Assembly (NCBI GenBank): GCA_045106895.1
Contig: JBGCFM010000284.1
Coordinates: 1-29,079, forward strand
Length of the DNA: 29,079 nucleotides
From: Polyangiales bacterium
GTDB lineage: Bacteria; Myxococcota_A; Polyangia; Polyangiales; Houyiibacteriaceae
Direction: 5' to 3'
This document shows, in pieces, positions 25,905 to 29,079 of this stretch. Every line of letters begins with the position of its first letter. The stretch's first letter is position 1. The translations under genes were made by a program, and so were the position numbers. The notes beneath the pieces are model-generated. The model worked only from the letters and a program-made list of their open reading frames with translations, had not been told where the DNA came from and did no database searches.

Positions 25905-26162
25905 ATGATTCTCGCGAAGTATGTCAGCGTGTTCCTTCTTGGAACGTTGTTCCTCACTACCGGCTGCCGTCGGGGATGCGAAGCCAACGGAGGCAACCAC
26001 TTCGAGAACAGGGGCGCCAGCTGGGGGTCCAGTTCCGGCTGGGAAGAGCGACGCCCCTGCGACCCAAACCGACCGGAATCCGAAGCACAGCCTGAGCCGA
26101 CAGAAGGTTCCTACACCCCCCTCGACCTGGAAGCAGAGGAAGAAGAAGAACCGTTCGAGTGA
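25905..26162 (+). CDS. Small predicted lipoprotein (85 aa) with acidic tail
   Basis: MILAKYVSVFLLGTLFLTTGC lipobox; two further Cys; EAEEEEEPFE end. Confidence 0.6.
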   Translation: MILAKYVSVFLLGTLFLTTGCRRGCEANGGNHFENRGASWGSSSGWEERRPCDPNRPESEAQPEPTEGSYTPLDLEAEEEEEPFE

Positions 26163-26229
26163 GCTCTAAGACTTGTGTCCTGCTCTCATCTGCCTTCCTT
26201 TTCTGGGAATCCCGCACTAGACCGCTCTC

Positions 26230-27060
26230 ATGCGCGTCGCCACCCTCAACCTATGGAATAAGTCTGGGCCTTGGCTGGAGCGCATGGCCCTTATTCGGCG
26301 CCAGCTCGACTCCCTCGACGCCGATATCATCGGTCTGCAAGAAGTCCTGGAGCTTGAGTCGGGCGCGAAAGTGCAGAACCAGTGCGCCGAGATCTGCGGG
26401 GACTACCACTGGTGCTACGCGCCCGGCCACAACATGAAGGGCCCATGGGTGCAAGCCGGGACTCAGCTGCGCTTTGGAAACGCCCTCCTCTCAAAGTTCC
26501 CCATCCAGTCTCACGACACCTATGTGCTGCCGGGGTTCGAAGACAGCGACCAAAAACGATGCGTGCTCCACGCCGTCCTCGGGGCCCCGCTCGGACGCAT
26601 CGATGTGTTCGTGACGCACCTCAACTGGAAGCTCGACGAAGGCTGGATTCGCGAGCTCCAGGTCAAAGAAATCGTTCGGCTCATCGGCGCTCACAGCGAC
26701 GCGTCGGACTTCCCACCGCTCCTCATGGGCGACCTAAACGCGCTACCGAGCTCCGACGAGATCCGCTACCTCGGCGGGCAAACGCGCCTCGGTGAAGAGC
26801 GCTCGACCTACTTCGCGGACGCCTGGAACTACGTTCCGCACAAGGGAGACGGCTTCACCTTCGACGCGCGCATCAACGAGTTCGCGGCCACCTACGGCGA
26901 GGCGCCTCGACGTCTCGACTACATCTTCATCGAAGGCTCCCTCAAGAAGCGGCGCGGCGTGCCCAGCGATGTTGGCCTGGCTTTTCACGAACCAGACCCG
27001 GACAAAGGCATCTTTTGTTCGGATCATTTTGGCGTCTACGCCGACCTCAACGACCACTAG
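26230..27060 (+). CDS. Endonuclease/exonuclease/phosphatase (EEP) family protein
   Basis: 'TLN', 'DIIGLQEV', 'GNALLS', 'THL', 'MGDLN', 'RLDYIF', 'SDH'. Confidence 0.9.
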   Translation: MRVATLNLWNKSGPWLERMALIRRQLDSLDADIIGLQEVLELESGAKVQNQCAEICGDYHWCYAPGHNMKGPWVQAGTQLRFGNALLSKFPIQSHDTYVLPGFEDSDQKRCVLHAVLGAPLGRIDVFVTHLNWKLDEGWIRELQVKEIVRLIGAHSDASDFPPLLMGDLNALPSSDEIRYLGGQTRLGEERSTYFADAWNYVPHKGDGFTFDARINEFAATYGEAPRRLDYIFIEGSLKKRRGVPSDVGLAFHEPDPDKGIFCSDHFGVYADLNDH

Positions 27061-27070
27061 AGAGCGACCC

Positions 27071-27496
27071 ATGCGATTTCTTCATTCGATGATCCGAGTT
27101 CAAGACCTGGACGCGGCCCTTCACTTCTTCTGCGAACTCCTCGGGCTCAAAGAGACGCGGCGCCGCGACCACGAAAAGGGGCGCTTCACTCTGGTGTTTC
27201 TGGAAACGGGAAGCGAGGGCGACAACGCTCAGCTCGAGCTCACCCACAACTGGGATCAAAGCGAGCCCTACTCAGGTGGCCGAAACTTTGGGCATGTCGC
27301 GTACCTCACCGACGACATCTACGCGCTCTGTGATCGCCTCCAGGCTGGTGGCGTCACGATCCTCCGGCCGCCGCGAAACGGTCGCATGGCCTTTGTGCGT
27401 TCCCCCGATGGCATCTCGGTTGAGCTCCTGCAAAAGGGTGAGCCTTTGGCGCCAAAAGAGCCCTGGTCGTCGATGAAATCCACCGGTGAGTGGTAA
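27071..27496 (+). CDS. gloA: Lactoylglutathione lyase (glyoxalase I, VOC family)
   Basis: 'FLHSMIRV.DL', 'GRFTLVFL', 'LELTHNWD', 'GRNFGHVAY', 'AFVRSPDG.SVELL'; His/Glu/His/Glu metal ligands present. Confidence 0.9.
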   Translation: MRFLHSMIRVQDLDAALHFFCELLGLKETRRRDHEKGRFTLVFLETGSEGDNAQLELTHNWDQSEPYSGGRNFGHVAYLTDDIYALCDRLQAGGVTILRPPRNGRMAFVRSPDGISVELLQKGEPLAPKEPWSSMKSTGEW

Positions 27497-27530
27497 AACG
27501 GGCGCGACAGTGAGGCTGATCACACAGAAA

Positions 27531-27556
27531 TGATCCGATTTCGCGTCCGCCCCGTA
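27531..27556 (+). promoter_or_regulatory. Putative ECF sigma promoter TGATCC-N16-CGTA
   Basis: TGATCC 27531-27536, 16-nt spacer, CGTA 27553-27556, upstream of the DUF4331 genes; followed by a 7-bp hairpin (27569-27588) and GAGAGGA RBS. Confidence 0.55.
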
Positions 27557-27611
27557 CTCTCCGCGAACGGACTCGGGTTCACGAGTCCATGTTGAGAGGA
27601 AACTGAACTAA

Positions 27612-28232
27612 ATGACTAAGAAATTGGGATTTGCAATAGCGACGCTCTGCGCGATCGCTGTAGCGATCGCCACGAACGTCCAGGATGTCGGCGCAGCTGA
27701 CCACCTTGACCCGGCAGGCCGTATCACGGCTGGCCAGGCTTCGGACATTGGCGATATCTACGCTTGGAATCAGGGGGACAACATCGTAACGGCGCTTACG
27801 TTCGCTGGACCCAACGAGAACACCGAGGGCACGTACAGCCGTGACACGCTCTACGCCATCAACATCGATGGTGCAGACGAAGGCTTCGAGCCTGACACCA
27901 CGATCTGGGCGCGCTTCGGCCAGAACGAAGGCGGCGAGTGGGGCGTCTGGGTTCAGAACGTTCCCGGCACGTCCGCGAACACGGTTGGACCCGTGGAGAC
28001 GAACATCGCCGCTGGCGAAAACGGCATGGTCTTCGCCGGCCAGCTCGACGATCCATTCTTCATGGACCTCCAGGGCTTCAACGAGACGCTCAGCACGGGA
28101 ACGCTTGCGTTCGACCCATCACGCGACTTCTTCGAAGGTCTTAACATTACCGCTCTTGTTGTGGAGTTCCCGAAGTCAGGTCTTGATTTCGCGGGTCCTT
28201 ACCACATCTGGGCCACCACGGCGGACCAGTAA
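27612..28232 (+). CDS. Secreted DUF4331-family protein (N-terminal half type)
   Basis: Signal peptide then 'ADHLD', 'DIGDIYAW', 'VFAG..DDPFFMDL', 'DFFEGLNITALVVEFP'. Confidence 0.85.
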   Translation: MTKKLGFAIATLCAIAVAIATNVQDVGAADHLDPAGRITAGQASDIGDIYAWNQGDNIVTALTFAGPNENTEGTYSRDTLYAINIDGADEGFEPDTTIWARFGQNEGGEWGVWVQNVPGTSANTVGPVETNIAAGENGMVFAGQLDDPFFMDLQGFNETLSTGTLAFDPSRDFFEGLNITALVVEFPKSGLDFAGPYHIWATTADQ

Positions 28233-28235
28233 GTC

Positions 28236-29079
28236 ATGACTAAACAAGCGATTCTTTTCATTCTTTGCGGCGCCTTGGCCTTCGGCTGTGGCGACGACGA
28301 CGCCGCCACGGACGCAGGTCCTACGCCGGACGGCTCAACCCCTGACACGACTGAAACCGACACCGGTCCAGACGATACGGATGCTGGTCCTCCACCTGCC
28401 GACGGCGGTCCTGACACGAACGTTCCTCCCGTTGACCCAACGTGTGAGAACCTCTGCGCTGCGGCGATGGAGTCCTGCGACGGCAACCTTGCAGCCTACG
28501 CCTCGATGGCGGAGTGTCTCACCTGGTGTGACGACGTGGGCGACTGGGAAGCTGGCGAAGCTGGCGACACCGATGGCAACACCATCGCTTGCCGCATCAC
28601 AGCTCTTCAGGCTGGCAACTGCGACGCAGGCGGATTCACCGGCGGCGGCGTTTGCGGCAGCTACTGCGAGAACTACTGCGACAACACGGCTCGTACCTGC
28701 GAAGGCGCGAACGCCATCTACGACAACGCAGCTGAGTGCATGACCGCTTGCGGCATGTTCGACATGAACGGCGAGCCCGGCGCCGTCGACGGCGACACCG
28801 TCCAGTGCCGCATCTACCACGGTGGCATCCCCGCCGACGCATCCCCAGACACCCACTGTCCTCACGCCCAGGCGGAGAGCACAGCGAACTGTGTCTTTGA
28901 CGACATGGGCTTCGACTTCCGTATGGACGCCCCTGACACCTACACCCGCGTTGACCGCATGGGCATGCCTGCTGTTTCGACGGCATTGGCCATGACCGAA
29001 GCGGACAAGGCTGCATACAACGACGCGAGCCCTACGGACGACGCGGCGCTCACGTTTGCCGGTGTTCTCATCGGTAGCC
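28236..29079 (+). CDS. Lipoprotein with two 8-Cys repeats and DUF4331 C-terminal-type domain (3' truncated by window; not in the ORF track)
   Basis: Manual translation MTKQAILFILCGALAFG-CGDDD..., acidic Pro/Thr linker, CENLC.../CENYC... repeats, then 'YTRVDRMGMPAVSTAL....KAAYNDASP'; open to window end. Confidence 0.85.
   Translation, partial: MTKQAILFILCGALAFGCGDDDAATDAGPTPDGSTPDTTETDTGPDDTDAGPPPADGGPDTNVPPVDPTCENLCAAAMESCDGNLAAYASMAECLTWCDDVGDWEAGEAGDTDGNTIACRITALQAGNCDAGGFTGGGVCGSYCENYCDNTARTCEGANAIYDNAAECMTACGMFDMNGEPGAVDGDTVQCRIYHGGIPADASPDTHCPHAQAESTANCVFDDMGFDFRMDAPDTYTRVDRMGMPAVSTALAMTEADKAAYNDASPTDDAALTFAGVLIGS

Noticed and set aside
26230..27060. EEP as a retroelement endonuclease or defence nuclease
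   Set aside because: No reverse transcriptase or defence context; ordinary stand-alone family member.
28335..28865. Minus-strand 176-aa ORF
   Set aside because: Antisense shadow of the plus-strand Cys-rich lipoprotein starting at 28236.
1..29079. CRISPR arrays, tRNA/rRNA genes, transposases, integrases, phage genes
   Set aside because: No repeat-spacer pattern, RNA-gene signatures or catalytic motifs seen by eye; a covariance-model scan was not possible.

Overview
High-GC bacterial chromosomal segment whose gene content points to Myxococcota, probably Polyangiales (inference: C-GDDD lipoproteins with DAGP linkers, an FHA-sigma54 activator, TIGR02147, a cytochrome/DUF1501 cassette, Cys-rich repeats). 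About 28 CDSs; I found no rRNA, tRNA, CRISPR array or transposase. The best candidate for an undescribed system is 1587-12491: an RstA/BfmR-like two-component pair divergent from a coupled TolC-permease-ATPase-MFP-ECF sigma operon, followed by a di-heme cytochrome c / lipoprotein / Tat DUF1501-like triad. A 29-bp element with GATACA direct repeats (26/29 identical) lies upstream of both minus-strand operons (5372-5400 and 10172-10200), suggesting one regulon. Other signals: a GGGTTACA direct repeat beside a STAND-like ATPase-wHTH regulator; 14-bp-periodic GCGT(T/C)CAGT repeats upstream of a 79-aa wHTH gene; a 297-nt in-register antisense overlap of two putative beta-barrel genes; and a split DUF4331 locus with Cys-rich repeats and an ECF-type promoter. 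pfkA, rpsU and gloA lie in the right half. All family calls come from motif recognition, not database searches.
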